Translations under genes and position numbers: made by a program
The notes under the pieces: generated by a model
Databases searched by the model: none
What the model saw: the letters and a program-made list of their open reading frames with translations, nothing else
What the model was told of the DNA's origin: nothing
Shown here: positions 17,837-29,100 of the stretch, piece by piece
How positions within the stretch are numbered: position 1 is the first letter of the stretch
How the letters are laid out: every line of letters starts with the position of its first letter
Assembly (NCBI GenBank): GCA_946404125.1
Contig: CAMJCK010000016.1
Coordinates: forward strand, 2,040 to 66,039
Reading direction: 5' to 3'
DNA from: an uncultured Bacteroidota bacterium
GTDB taxonomy: Bacteria > Bacteroidota > Bacteroidia > Bacteroidales > SZUA-534
DNA: 64,000 nt

Positions 17837-20677
17837 TTAGAAATTAGCTTTCACACCGATGTTGAAGAATCGCGACTGAGGTGCGGTTCCAACATTCAAC
17901 TCCATATGCTCCCTCTCCTTTGAAATGGTGAGCAAATTAGCACCACTTACATAAGCTGTCAACCCTTTGACGATAAAGTCGCCAAACAATTCACTAGGAA
18001 CTTCATAAGTGAGCTGAACTTTGTCCAAAGTGAACGCATTGTCCTTATACACCCAGAAGTCCGATTGGCCATAATTGTTAGCACCGCTCGATGTAGTCAA
18101 AGCAGGGTATTTGGCATTGGGATTCTCCGGTGTCCAGGTGTCGCGAACGATAGCCGAGTATTTCGAATTTTTGTTAAATTGATAATACGAACCACCCTTC
18201 ATTTGGATAGCGCCTGAACGCGAAGATGCTAGAGCATGCAACGTAAAGTTGTTGTATTTGACTTTAAGATTGAAGCCCAAAGTGAGCGGAGCGCCATAGC
18301 CTCCCGATTTTCCCAGATACACCATATCCAAGTCATCTATCACACCATCACCGTTCTGGTCCTTGTATTTAAGGTCGCCCGGACGCAATGTGCCGCCCAA
18401 AGTCTGTGGAAGGGAATTGTCAATCTCTTCCTGGCTCTGGAACATGCCAAGGCACTCAAGTCCCCAGACAGCGTCAACAGGACGTCCCTCTTCACGCTGG
18501 TAATCCACAATCTTTGTTTCCTCAAAAATAGTGCGTTCTGTAGTATAGTATGTTCCAACTACACCCAGAGTGACATCGAAATCACTAATATTTTTATTGA
18601 AGTTCAAAGCAAAATCGAAACCGTCACGTTTGATTTCATTGTTGTTCAGATATGGGAGGAACTCGATGATGTGGTTAGGCCAGTCACTCTTGTTTCCAAT
18701 AATATACCCCGACATCTTGTTTGTAAAGTAGGTGAAATCGAGATTGACAAAATTGTCAAACATCGAAGCCTTGATGTTGGCTGAGAATTCTTTGCGTTTT
18801 ACCATCTCGAGTTTGGCATTCTCACCACGCTTAGGCGATATGGTGGTTGCACTTGAACCATCGAACCAACCGAAGCCCCAGTTGTTTTTGTCCCATACAC
18901 CATTATACATATAGTATTCCGGAATATCGGCATCCTCATTCAAAACGCTGGCTGACGCAGAAATGAAAAGATTGTCTATGAACGAAACATTCTCAAGGAA
19001 CGACTCTTTGCTCAATCTCCACCCGATTGTGCCTGATGGCGAGAAAGCATTGCGATGACCCTCGGCAAGTTTTGCTGAGTGAACCTCTGCTGCGCTGAAT
19101 TGCAAATAATAGCGCTGAGCGAAATTGTAATTAAAATCAAATCCAAGGTTCGCATTTGCTATGGCATGATACTCACCTGAGCGTATCTGTTGGTAGCAGT
19201 TGCCCAACACCAAAGCTGACACATTGTGGTTGCCAAACTGACGGTTGTACTCAAATGCGAAGTTGCCAGTCAAAGTGCGGTTATCCCTACTATTGCTTAT
19301 CGACTGCTGACCATCGTCTTTGTCCTCACCTTCCTTTGTCAGCTGCACAATAACATCTTTTCCGTTTGCGTCAACACCCCATTTAGGAACAAATATTGCG
19401 TACGAGGGGTTGAAACTGGTTGTATAAGATGTTTGGAAATCCATACCAAGTGTGGTTTTGAATGCCAATCCCTCAAGAATCTTGCTCAAATCAAAACGCA
19501 TACCTGCATCAAACTGGATCTGGCGGCTAGTGAATTTTGTCTTGCCACCACCATAAATCTGAGCGAACACATTGTTCCTGTCAGTTATTGTACCGGCAAT
19601 AAATTTACCATCGAAAATATTACTAGTTGTACCGATAAGTTCCAGAGCCTCCGTAGCGTCAGGAGAGATTTGGTCAACAGGAATAAGAGGGGCTGACTCA
19701 ACCGGGCGGTTAGGTCTCATAGTAGCAGCCGCATTCCAATAATCGCCCTTTCTGCTTTTGGCATCGTAATAGGTGGCGTTACCATCAATGTAAGCACTGA
19801 TGTAATTACCTAAATTCATGTCAATATTACCACGTACACTGAATCTGCTGGTGCGGTTGTGCTTTGTCTCACCTATCTTCAAATAGTCGCCAAAAGTATA
19901 GGCGTTAAGGTTTACATAGTAGCGCGCATTATTGTTGCCCCCCGTGAATTCCAATACCGCATCCTCAACACTGTATGTTTTCTTGACATACTCCGATGAA
20001 TAATAATCAACATCCGGATAACGATAAGGATTCCTGTCAGATGACTTGTATTTATTTATGGTCTCTTCTGAAAAATCCAGTTTCTTCTTATTGTCGTTTT
20101 TCAACGCCTGGTCATAATATTCCATATACTCAGCAGAGCCCAAGTACTCTGGGAACTTTTTAGCAACATGAAAGCCGACACTAGCGCGTGCATCGATTTT
20201 AAGCTTTTCACTTAACTTACCACGCTTGGTAGTTATAAGAACAACACCTTTGGCTGCCCGGCTGCCATAAAGAGCAACAGCGTTGGCACCTTTCAAAAAG
20301 GTTATTTGGTCAATTTCTGAAGGCATAACGTTGTTGGCCTCACGAGGAATGCCATCAATCAAAACCAGATAATCGTCCATTCCCCACATTGATGTTCCAT
20401 TCCAACCATTAGCCAAAGACACCATATTATCAAAACTGCCGGTTGTGTAGTTGCTGTTCAGCATCTCGGTAACGTTAACTACCGAAACACCCGTCAGCAA
20501 GTCCTCTTGTGCCACCTTTCTGAAAGCGGTGTTTACAAGGTAGGCCGAGGAATCAGCCTGCACTTCAGTGCTGGCGCCATCCTGAGCGAACACGCTTAGT
20601 GGCAAAGAAAACAATGCGGCACATATCATCATTCTATTATGTATATGTTTCATTTTCTTATATTTAATATTCAACAT
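17837..20677 (-). CDS. SusC/RagA-type TonB-dependent transporter lacking the N-terminal carboxypeptidase-regulatory-like domain
   Basis: The signal peptide runs directly into the plug ('LTGVSVVNV...LIDGIPRE...ITFLKGANAVALYGSRAAKGVVLITTKRG'). C-terminal '...GVKANF'. The start may instead be the Met at 20653. Confidence 0.9.
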   Translation of the reverse strand: MLNIKYKKMKHIHNRMMICAALFSLPLSVFAQDGASTEVQADSSAYLVNTAFRKVAQEDLLTGVSVVNVTEMLNSNYTTGSFDNMVSLANGWNGTSMWGMDDYLVLIDGIPREANNVMPSEIDQITFLKGANAVALYGSRAAKGVVLITTKRGKLSEKLKIDARASVGFHVAKKFPEYLGSAEYMEYYDQALKNDNKKKLDFSEETINKYKSSDRNPYRYPDVDYYSSEYVKKTYSVEDAVLEFTGGNNNARYYVNLNAYTFGDYLKIGETKHNRTSRFSVRGNIDMNLGNYISAYIDGNATYYDAKSRKGDYWNAAATMRPNRPVESAPLIPVDQISPDATEALELIGTTSNIFDGKFIAGTITDRNNVFAQIYGGGKTKFTSRQIQFDAGMRFDLSKILEGLAFKTTLGMDFQTSYTTSFNPSYAIFVPKWGVDANGKDVIVQLTKEGEDKDDGQQSISNSRDNRTLTGNFAFEYNRQFGNHNVSALVLGNCYQQIRSGEYHAIANANLGFDFNYNFAQRYYLQFSAAEVHSAKLAEGHRNAFSPSGTIGWRLSKESFLENVSFIDNLFISASASVLNEDADIPEYYMYNGVWDKNNWGFGWFDGSSATTISPKRGENAKLEMVKRKEFSANIKASMFDNFVNLDFTYFTNKMSGYIIGNKSDWPNHIIEFLPYLNNNEIKRDGFDFALNFNKNISDFDVTLGVVGTYYTTERTIFEETKIVDYQREEGRPVDAVWGLECLGMFQSQEEIDNSLPQTLGGTLRPGDLKYKDQNGDGVIDDLDMVYLGKSGGYGAPLTLGFNLKVKYNNFTLHALASSRSGAIQMKGGSYYQFNKNSKYSAIVRDTWTPENPNAKYPALTTSSGANNYGQSDFWVYKDNAFTLDKVQLTYEVPSELFGDFIVKGLTAYVSGANLLTISKEREHMELNVGTAPQSRFFNIGVKANF

Positions 20678-20686
20678 TCACTTAAA

Positions 20687-22660
20687 TTACCATCCTGGGT
20701 TCTGAGTAAACTCCGCATAGATGTAAACATCATCGTCGGGCAATGGGAACCAGTAGTGTTTAGTTCCGAAATTGCGTGTCAGAATCACTCTTTTTGAATA
20801 GCCCACAACCTCTGCGTTACGAGGGTCGTTCTTCTCGTCATCGTACCAAGCCTGAGGAAGAGCACGAGTGAACTCGTTAGCATACTTAACATTGTACGGA
20901 TATTCGGTCAGAAGCAGCCAGCGCTGCAAATCGTTGAAACGGAACCCTTCAAACGAAAGCTCAACGGCGCGTTCGCGGCGAACCTCGTCAATAAACTTGG
21001 TTCTGTCGGCAACATATTTTGCTGCAACATGTCCTGCACCGCAACGGTCGCGAATGGTATTGAGAGCATCTTCGGCTGTCTTACCGAAATTCGATGCTTT
21101 ATAGCTTGCTCCACCTGCGGCAGCACAAGCTTCGGCATACATCAAATAAACGTCAGCCAAACGCATAAACGATATGTAGCAGTGCAGCTGTCCACCCCAG
21201 TCATAGTCTTTGTCAACAATGTTGCAAGTGTGCGGAATAAGCTTCTGGATAAAATAACCAGTCTGGCTCGCATTTGCCACAGCACGCATATTGCCGCCCG
21301 TGAACAACTCACAATGCACGTATGGTTTTCTCTCATCTGTAACGGCACCATTCAAGTACTTGAAACCATCGAACACAATGTCATGATAGAATCGTGGGTC
21401 ACGGTCTTTGAATGGGTGTGTCGGATCGAAACCTGAATCAGGGTCATCGATAGGCAGACCATTTGCCATTCCGTACATTTCAACAAGGTTTCCTGTTGGT
21501 TGGTGAATTACATTGTCGTGTTCAACCAAACCTGCCACTTTAGGTCCAAACACTTTCGACGTGTTCCAGTTACAGTTGTTAGCTGCTCCTCCTGCTCCAC
21601 CTGACGCACCTCGCATTAAAGCCTCAGTTGAACCCGGTTGCTTCCAGTTTTGCCTAATGGTGCAGAACAAGTCAGAATAGCATGTTTTTGCATTTACGCC
21701 TCTTGCATGATCATAAACCTTGTCTTTGCCGTTCTTGTCAATGAAATCGAACTCCACAAGAGCATACTGTGTTTCTCCGTTTTCAACAAAGTTCAGCAAT
21801 TCACCAAACGACTCGGCTGCGCGTTTGCAGTACTCCTCATCGTATTCATAAGTTTTGCCGTTTGTGCTGGCTCCAAGCTGGGCGCCATTCTTCATAAGCG
21901 GGCTGCCTGCCCAGAGTTGGCATTTGCCAAGATAGCCGAGAGCGGTAATCTTGTTTATACGCAACTCGTTATTTCCGCTATTACCATATGCTGTACCTGC
22001 GGTAAGCTTGTCCCAGTTGATTGGCAATAAATCGGCTGCCTTACGGAAATCTTCGGCACACTTGTCGGCGCATTCCTGGAACGACAAACGTGGCAGTTTC
22101 TCAACATTGCTGGCATCCAACACCTTATCAACATAAGGCAGGCCACCAAAAAACTCCATCATCTCAAAATGCCACCAGGCACGGAAGAAGTAAGACTGAC
22201 CGAGAATAAGGTCGTGCTCCTCATCGGTGCCAACCATTTTATCGATGTTTTCAATAGCCATATTGCATTTACGGATGCAATACCAAGCGTTGTCCCACAA
22301 ATAACCTTGTCGGTACTCAGGGTTACCACCGTTTTTGCGCAACCAGTTGCCTGTCTGACTCCAAGCGCGGAAGTTACCAAGGTCAACCTGGTGCGTCATA
22401 CGGTCATCAGCCTCAGGGTTGAAAATCTCGTCATCGCCCCAGTTCCACGACGGACACCAGTTGCATTTCTCCTTGTCGGGAATGAATTTGTAGATTTCCT
22501 CGACAAAACCCTGATAGTTCTCAAAGTTCTTGAAAGGATCCTCTCCCGATACTGTTGTTCCTGGTTCCCTGTCAAGATAGTCCTTGCACGATGTCAGACC
22601 GGTGCAGACGGCTAATCCCAACGAACCTATAAAAATCAGTGTTCTATATGATTTTTTCAT
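20687..22660 (-). CDS. SusD/RagB-family nutrient-binding lipoprotein
   Basis: Lipoprotein signal 'GLAVCTGLTSC'. 657 aa. C-terminal 'FTQNPGW'. Confidence 0.9.
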   Translation of the reverse strand: MKKSYRTLIFIGSLGLAVCTGLTSCKDYLDREPGTTVSGEDPFKNFENYQGFVEEIYKFIPDKEKCNWCPSWNWGDDEIFNPEADDRMTHQVDLGNFRAWSQTGNWLRKNGGNPEYRQGYLWDNAWYCIRKCNMAIENIDKMVGTDEEHDLILGQSYFFRAWWHFEMMEFFGGLPYVDKVLDASNVEKLPRLSFQECADKCAEDFRKAADLLPINWDKLTAGTAYGNSGNNELRINKITALGYLGKCQLWAGSPLMKNGAQLGASTNGKTYEYDEEYCKRAAESFGELLNFVENGETQYALVEFDFIDKNGKDKVYDHARGVNAKTCYSDLFCTIRQNWKQPGSTEALMRGASGGAGGAANNCNWNTSKVFGPKVAGLVEHDNVIHQPTGNLVEMYGMANGLPIDDPDSGFDPTHPFKDRDPRFYHDIVFDGFKYLNGAVTDERKPYVHCELFTGGNMRAVANASQTGYFIQKLIPHTCNIVDKDYDWGGQLHCYISFMRLADVYLMYAEACAAAGGASYKASNFGKTAEDALNTIRDRCGAGHVAAKYVADRTKFIDEVRRERAVELSFEGFRFNDLQRWLLLTEYPYNVKYANEFTRALPQAWYDDEKNDPRNAEVVGYSKRVILTRNFGTKHYWFPLPDDDVYIYAEFTQNPGW

Positions 22661-22671
22661 TTTCGTAAATA

Positions 22672-25600
22672 TTAAAGCGTGAGTTTAAGACCTAAATTGA
22701 AACGCTTGACAGTAGGATATGCGCCCAGGAAGCCGCCACCACCCAAGTTGGCCTCGCGGTCATCAGGCATGCGTGTCCACAACCACAGGTTGTTTCCGTT
22801 GACAAACAATTTCAAATAAGAAAGACCAATGTTCTTAATCCAACCGTCGTGCCAAGAGTAAGAAATCTCAACATTCTTCAGACGTATGTATGAACCGTCG
22901 AACAAATATTGCGTACCATAAGCCGGGAACGAGCCACCTTCTTTGCTTACAGGAGCGGTACTCCAACGATACTGCGTAACATCAGCGTTCGGATTATCTT
23001 TTGTCCAAATGTCGCCCATATTGTAAACTGTATTCAGCTTTTGTCCGAAGCTCTGCAACACAACGTCACGTGTAACATTGCGTACACCGTAGAACTGAGC
23101 AAAGCAGCTGAACCCTTTCCAATCAAAGCCCAATGTGGCATTATAAGTGTTTTGCGGGGTGCTGGTGAATCCATATGGAGCCTGGTCCTTACTGTCAACC
23201 AAACCATCGCCATTGAAATCGACAATGTAGTAGCTACCCGGCAAGCGGAAACGGTCATCAGTAGCAAGTGCGGGACTACCATACAGTTCGTCAATATTAT
23301 TGATGAAACCTCTGTCGATAAACGAGCGGTACTGACCGATAGCATAACCTTCTTGTTTTTGATAGTTAGGTGCTAAATCCGGGTCATCTTTTTCGATGAC
23401 CTCGTTTTCATTATGTGTCAAGCTGAAGTTACCCCAAACACGGGTTTCTCTATTAATCTGCTTGCTCAGTCTCACTTCAACCTCATATCCACGAGCTTTT
23501 GTCTCGCCAAGGTTGGCCACGGGAACATCAACGCCAAAATATGATGGAGTTGAACGTTCACCGCCCGCAATCAGAATGTCGTAACGCTTGTCACGGAATA
23601 TCTCGACACTACCAGCAAGCAAACCTTGCAAGAATGAGTAGTCAATACCAAAGTTGAACTTACGCACTGTTTCCCAATGCAAATCCCAGTTGCCAAGCTT
23701 AGTCATACGATAGTGTTCGAAAGCACTCGTTTCGTTACCTGAAAGCGCCATTTTGGTTGTGCCTCCGACAGCCCAATCGTCCATATAAAGGAACGAGCCC
23801 AACTGCGGATTGACAAAATCGCTACCAGTAACGCCAAGTGATGCGCGGAATTTGAGCATATCAACATAGTGGTTGTCTTTCAGGAATGAGAAGAATTCCT
23901 CCTCAGAAACTGTCCAACCCAAAGCGCCAGAGCCAAATGCTGCAAATCGGTAGTCGCTGCTGAATTTCTCCGAGCCGTTGTACGAACCGTTCACCTCCAA
24001 CAAGTAACGGTTGTTCCAACCGTAAGTCAAACGAGCTGCCCAATCCTCACGGTACGATGGAATGCCACTACCACGGGCTTCCTGATTTCGTGAGAACATG
24101 GCCATAGCAGTCAGTTTGTGCAAATCAAAATCACGTGTCCAGTCCAATCGCAACTGATAATACATTTTGCGGAACGTCTGATTATTGTCAATACTACCAG
24201 CCTGAGAGCTCCAGTTAATTGGTTCAACCCAATCAAGTCCGGATTGCTGATCAATTTCCTTACGAATGAACACCTGCCCGGTTTCTGGTTTAATCCATTT
24301 CTGCTGGGTGTCGTTAAAGTCATCGCCTATACCTCGGCCAGTCTCAGAGAAAGAGTTGTCCAACGACACATTTCCACGGAAACTTAAACCCTTGGTAATA
24401 AAATCAAGATTCTGTTCCAAAATAAAGTCAGCAGTAATGGTGTTGGTAGTTGTCTTTGCCACACCGCTGATAGCAAGGTTTTGCGCCGAGTTGGTCACGT
24501 TAGACACCTCGGGATAATAACCCCAAGAGTTGTCGTCGTATTTCGGAACAAACACATCCGGGGCAATGTTGTAGGCACCGGCCCAACGCTGTCCCTCTTG
24601 CCAAGTATCGCCAGAATTGGCACGCGGGTGTTTCTTAATGCCAAGTGAGCCATACAGGTTGACACGGAATGTTGTGGTTGGGCTGATTGTGAAATCAAGG
24701 TTACTACGTGCGTTGATACGTTGGTAGTTGTAACCTGATTTATAACCGCGTCCATTATCCCATATGCGCATAAGGTCGCTTTCATACACATAGTCGCCAG
24801 AAGCATAGAAACGCACAAATTTAGAGCCACCACTTATGCTGATATTACCATTATATGAAATAGCCTGATCTTTGAACAGCGCATCTTGCCAATCAATATT
24901 CGGGTAACGTTCCTTGTTAAGCAGCTCGTCGCCTTTATCATTCAAAGTTGTACCATTGGGATCGCGGTACTTTTCAATCTCGCTTTGAGGCCTAATATAT
25001 TCCCACGACTCAGTCGGGGTGACAGGCAACTCAAGCTCGACTGTCTGGTTTCGAGCCATTAACGCATCATATGAATCGTATTTGTTGGGCAGCTTAGAAG
25101 GTCGCTTTACAGAAGTTGTAAAACCGGCATCAATTCTCATATGCCCCTCCTCGCCACGTTTGGTGGTGATAAGGATAACGCCGTTGGCGCCACGCACACC
25201 GAAAACTGCAGTAGATGATGCGTCTTTCAACACGGAGATGCTCTCTACCGACGAGATATCCACACTGCTCATAGAACGCTCAATACCATCCACCAAGACG
25301 AGCGGTTCAGAGCTGTTCCAAGAACTTGTACCACGAATTACAATTTTCGCATCTTCCTCACCTGGCTGTCCTGTATCCTGTGTTGTGATAACACCTGGCA
25401 GGTTACCAGTCAAAGCGGCACCAACGTTCGTAACACCAGCCGCACGTTGAAGTGTGGCACCCGAAGTTTGTGTGATAGCACCCACAACCGAGGCTTTCTT
25501 CTGCTGGCCGTAACCAACAACAACCACCTCGTCAAGACCTACCACGTCAGGCATTAACGCCACGTTGTATGGTCCAGCCCCTTTAACTGTAATTTCCTCT

Positions 25601-25848
25601 GTGTTATAACCGATGTAAGTTATAACCAATACATCATTGTCGGCGGCTTGCATACTAAATGTACCGTCGCCTCCAGTAATTGTTCCTACCGTTGTACCTT
25701 TAATTACAACGTTAACACCTGGAACCGGCATTTGCTCCTCATCAACGATTTTACCAGAAACCTGATGCTTCTGAGCGAAAACGCTGAATGACAGCAACAT
25801 CATTGGCAGCATTGCAACCACCAATTTCCATAGTCGATGTTTCCTCAT
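22672..25848 (-). CDS. SusC/RagA-family TonB-dependent outer-membrane transporter
   Basis: Carboxypeptidase-regulatory-like N-domain ('VSGKIVDEEQMPVPGVNVVIKGTTVGTITGGDGTFSM'), 'DEVVVVGYG' plug entry and a 1058-aa barrel. Confidence 0.95.
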   Translation of the reverse strand: MRKHRLWKLVVAMLPMMLLSFSVFAQKHQVSGKIVDEEQMPVPGVNVVIKGTTVGTITGGDGTFSMQAADNDVLVITYIGYNTEEITVKGAGPYNVALMPDVVGLDEVVVVGYGQQKKASVVGAITQTSGATLQRAAGVTNVGAALTGNLPGVITTQDTGQPGEEDAKIVIRGTSSWNSSEPLVLVDGIERSMSSVDISSVESISVLKDASSTAVFGVRGANGVILITTKRGEEGHMRIDAGFTTSVKRPSKLPNKYDSYDALMARNQTVELELPVTPTESWEYIRPQSEIEKYRDPNGTTLNDKGDELLNKERYPNIDWQDALFKDQAISYNGNISISGGSKFVRFYASGDYVYESDLMRIWDNGRGYKSGYNYQRINARSNLDFTISPTTTFRVNLYGSLGIKKHPRANSGDTWQEGQRWAGAYNIAPDVFVPKYDDNSWGYYPEVSNVTNSAQNLAISGVAKTTTNTITADFILEQNLDFITKGLSFRGNVSLDNSFSETGRGIGDDFNDTQQKWIKPETGQVFIRKEIDQQSGLDWVEPINWSSQAGSIDNNQTFRKMYYQLRLDWTRDFDLHKLTAMAMFSRNQEARGSGIPSYREDWAARLTYGWNNRYLLEVNGSYNGSEKFSSDYRFAAFGSGALGWTVSEEEFFSFLKDNHYVDMLKFRASLGVTGSDFVNPQLGSFLYMDDWAVGGTTKMALSGNETSAFEHYRMTKLGNWDLHWETVRKFNFGIDYSFLQGLLAGSVEIFRDKRYDILIAGGERSTPSYFGVDVPVANLGETKARGYEVEVRLSKQINRETRVWGNFSLTHNENEVIEKDDPDLAPNYQKQEGYAIGQYRSFIDRGFINNIDELYGSPALATDDRFRLPGSYYIVDFNGDGLVDSKDQAPYGFTSTPQNTYNATLGFDWKGFSCFAQFYGVRNVTRDVVLQSFGQKLNTVYNMGDIWTKDNPNADVTQYRWSTAPVSKEGGSFPAYGTQYLFDGSYIRLKNVEISYSWHDGWIKNIGLSYLKLFVNGNNLWLWTRMPDDREANLGGGGFLGAYPTVKRFNLGLKLTL

Positions 25849-26179
25849 TTCTAAAATGTTTGATTATTAAATGTTTATAGTCGCTTTTCCGCTTTCGCGG
25901 TTGTTTTTCCCTATTTTTTAAACTTCGCCATTACATAGATTCTATGTCGGGTCAAATATGTGAAAGTTTATTCACTCTATGCATAAACTCTGACACATAT
26001 TCTTTAATTTACGTTACAAAAAACTGCATTTTCGTGTAACTATTTTTTTTGCCAGCATAACATGACAAACTGTTAAAAAGCTATAAAACAACTTATTAAA
26101 ACACAAACCCCAAATTGCGGCAGCAAACGATTTTCGCCCATTATTAAATGTACTATTCACATTTATTATTCAAAAATTA

Positions 26180-29100
26180 TTACTTGCTCTCATCTGAAAC
26201 TCCTCTGCCTTCCCGATTTTGCTCCATATATTCACTCGGCGACACTCCATACATTTCTTTAAACACTGTGGAAAAATAGGACAAATTTGCAAAACCCAAA
26301 TTATCAGCAATTTCAGAAATACTATGTCGCTTTTCAGCCAATAAGGTCGCAGCCTGGTGCAGGCGCACATTGCGGATAAAGTCACGTGCGGACTGATTGG
26401 TAATCTCACGTAATTTACGATGCAAGTGAGTACGACTTATGCCCACTGTGCGGGCAATCATCTCCACGTTCAAATCCGGATTGCCTATATTCTTGTTAAT
26501 AACCACCATAACACGTTGCATAAGCCGATCGTCGGGCGAGTTAACCTCGAGTTTCGCCACTTTCGCCTCTTGTGTCTGACTGCCTTGGAACCGGTTTTTC
26601 AATGCGGCCCGGCTGCGAATAAGATTCAAAACCGTGTGCCGCAGAACATCAATATTAAACGGCTTTGTCAGATAGGCGTCAGCACCAACATCGAGACCGG
26701 TAATGCGGTCGGCTTCAGACGTAAGCGCGGTGAGCAGTATCACTGGCAGATAGTTGACGTTGATATTCTGCCTGATTTTCTTACAAAGTGTTATTCCGTC
26801 CATCAGCGGCATCATCACATCGCTGACAACTATGTCGGGGGTGTTGCGCAGAACTATGTCGAGCGCCTCCTCACCATTCATACAAGACTGAACGTGAAAA
26901 TCCTGCGACAATTCGTCTGTAATATATTTTCTGATTTCATCGTCGTCCTCGACTACCAGCACCCGATACTTGGTTTTTGTGTGTTTTTTAGGCTCGTCAG
27001 CTTCATCGGCAGGCACTGCAACCGGAGGATGTTCCGACACGCTGATGTTCCAAGGCGCGGCTGACTCTTTCGGCTTAACTTGCTTCTCGGATTCAGAAAG
27101 GTGCGCCGAGCCAAGCGGCAGACGGATTGTGAAATGACAGCCTGGTTTTCCATTGTTGTTGGCTACAGCTATGGTTCCATGATGCAATTCAACAAGCGAC
27201 TTGGTGAGATGCAACCCCACACCTGTGCCAGATACCGGTTTCTCTGACAGTGACTGCGACTGATAGAAACGCTCGAATATACGGTTGAAATCGTCAGGAT
27301 TAATGCCTGTTCCGCTGTCCTCGACATCAATAACCGCACAACCGTCAGGCATTTCGGCGGTGCCGACCCGTTCACAATCCAGTGTAACGCTGATGGTGCC
27401 TCCGTGTGGCGTGAATTTGAACGCATTCGATAGGATATTTACTATTATCTTATCGAAATTATCGGCATCAACCCAAACCCTTATTTCCGGGTTACTTGTG
27501 ATGAATTTAAGACTTATCGCCTGCAAATCGGCTTGATACTCAAAATTGCAGCACATATCGCGAACCACATCCACAATATTTGTTTCCGCAAAGGTCAATC
27601 GCATCTGTCCCTTGTCAATCTTGCGAATATCCATCAACTCGTTGATCAAGTTAAGAATACGCTCCGCATTCCGCCGGATGGTGTCGTACGAACGCTGGCG
27701 GCCGGCATCGGTATCGGTGACCATAAGTTTATGCAATGGCCCTATTATCAGCGACATAGGTGTGCGAATCTCGTGAGAGATATTGATAAAGAACTGTAAT
27801 TTTGCCTCATTTATATCCTCGGCATGCTTGTGCTCCAAAACTTTCATCCGCAACAAGTGATTGCGACGCAAATGCAGCGAAAGCAGTACGACAACAGCCG
27901 CTATAAGAAGCGCATAACAAATGTTTGCCAGCCGTGTGGCGTACCAAGGCGCGGCAATGTGGATTTCGAGCCGACGCGTTTTCGAAAATGAGTTTGCATC
28001 AACCGCCTTTACGCAGAACTCGTGTTTTCCGGGTTTCAAATTACTGAATGAAACCTTATTGTTGCGGTGGTGAAGGTGAATCCACCCTTTGCCGTCCATA
28101 TTATAGAGGTAGCTTATCCGCTCAGGATTGGCAAACTCAATGGCGGCGAACTCAATGCTGAACGAATTGTCGGAATGAGACAAGTGAACCTTCTCGGCTT
28201 TGGTAATATCGCAATCGATAATTGGCTTGCCACCCGAGAGGGACCCCATTGTAACCGCATTATTATGAATGTAAAAATTTGTGAGCCGAATGCCCGGTAT
28301 CGAATAATGCTTGCTGATTTTCTGCGGATAAAAGCATATCAAGCCATTCATCCCGCCAAAGAAAAGCATCCCGTTTGAATTGATGCTTGAGGCCGACTTG
28401 CTGAACTCGTTACACTGCAACCCGTCAGATGCATAATAATTTGAAAACGACCGGTTTTGCGGGTTCAAGCACGATATTCCGCTGTTGGTGCTTATCCAAA
28501 GATTACCATCGGGTCCGCACTCAATCGATGATATTGAATTGTCGGGCAACCCGTTGGTTGTTGTATATTTTGTTATGTCGCGAGTTTGCGGATCGAAATA
28601 GTACAATCCGTTTGCAGTACCTATCCATATTTTCCCGTCAGCGTCCTCACGCAACACATACACCACCTCATCAGCAAGCATACGGTTAACGCCAAGAGTC
28701 GAAACAAAATCGTTGGTTTCGATATCGAGGCACCCGAAACCGCCATAACCGCCAAAATATAATTTATTATCGACAAGCAACATAGCGTTTATCCAGGCAT
28801 GCGGAAGCTGATTCGTTGTGGCCGAATAACCAACCCCGCTTGGCAGGGCACGGTAGAATGTCTGCTCGCGCGTGGAATGGCTGATACGACAAAGCCCGAC
28901 ACTCGAAACCGCCACCCACAAGTTCTTTTTCGAGTCCTCTACAATACTGTAAACACTTGTGGCCTGATTGAAATCAGCGTTACTATTCAACGCTATTCGG
29001 CTGAATGTGCCCGCAGACTCATTTAGGCGGAAAAGACCGTCGAGATAGGAGCCAATCCAAATGTTGCGATGCGAATCGCGGAACACACTAAGAATTGTGC

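Noticed and set aside
25849-26179. Search for a TAnnTTTG promoter, riboswitch-like structure or small-RNA gene in the 330-bp HTCS-SusC spacer, and also in the 350-bp HTCS/SusC divergent spacer (30365-30713).
   Set aside because: There is no exact -7 box for either SusC gene. Only a tiny CCGC-TTTC-GCGG hairpin and generic AT-rich sequence are present. I can support nothing beyond 'promoter region must be here'. The CAAAAATA matches upstream of the HTCS recur three times in AT-rich DNA, so only one is listed, at low confidence.
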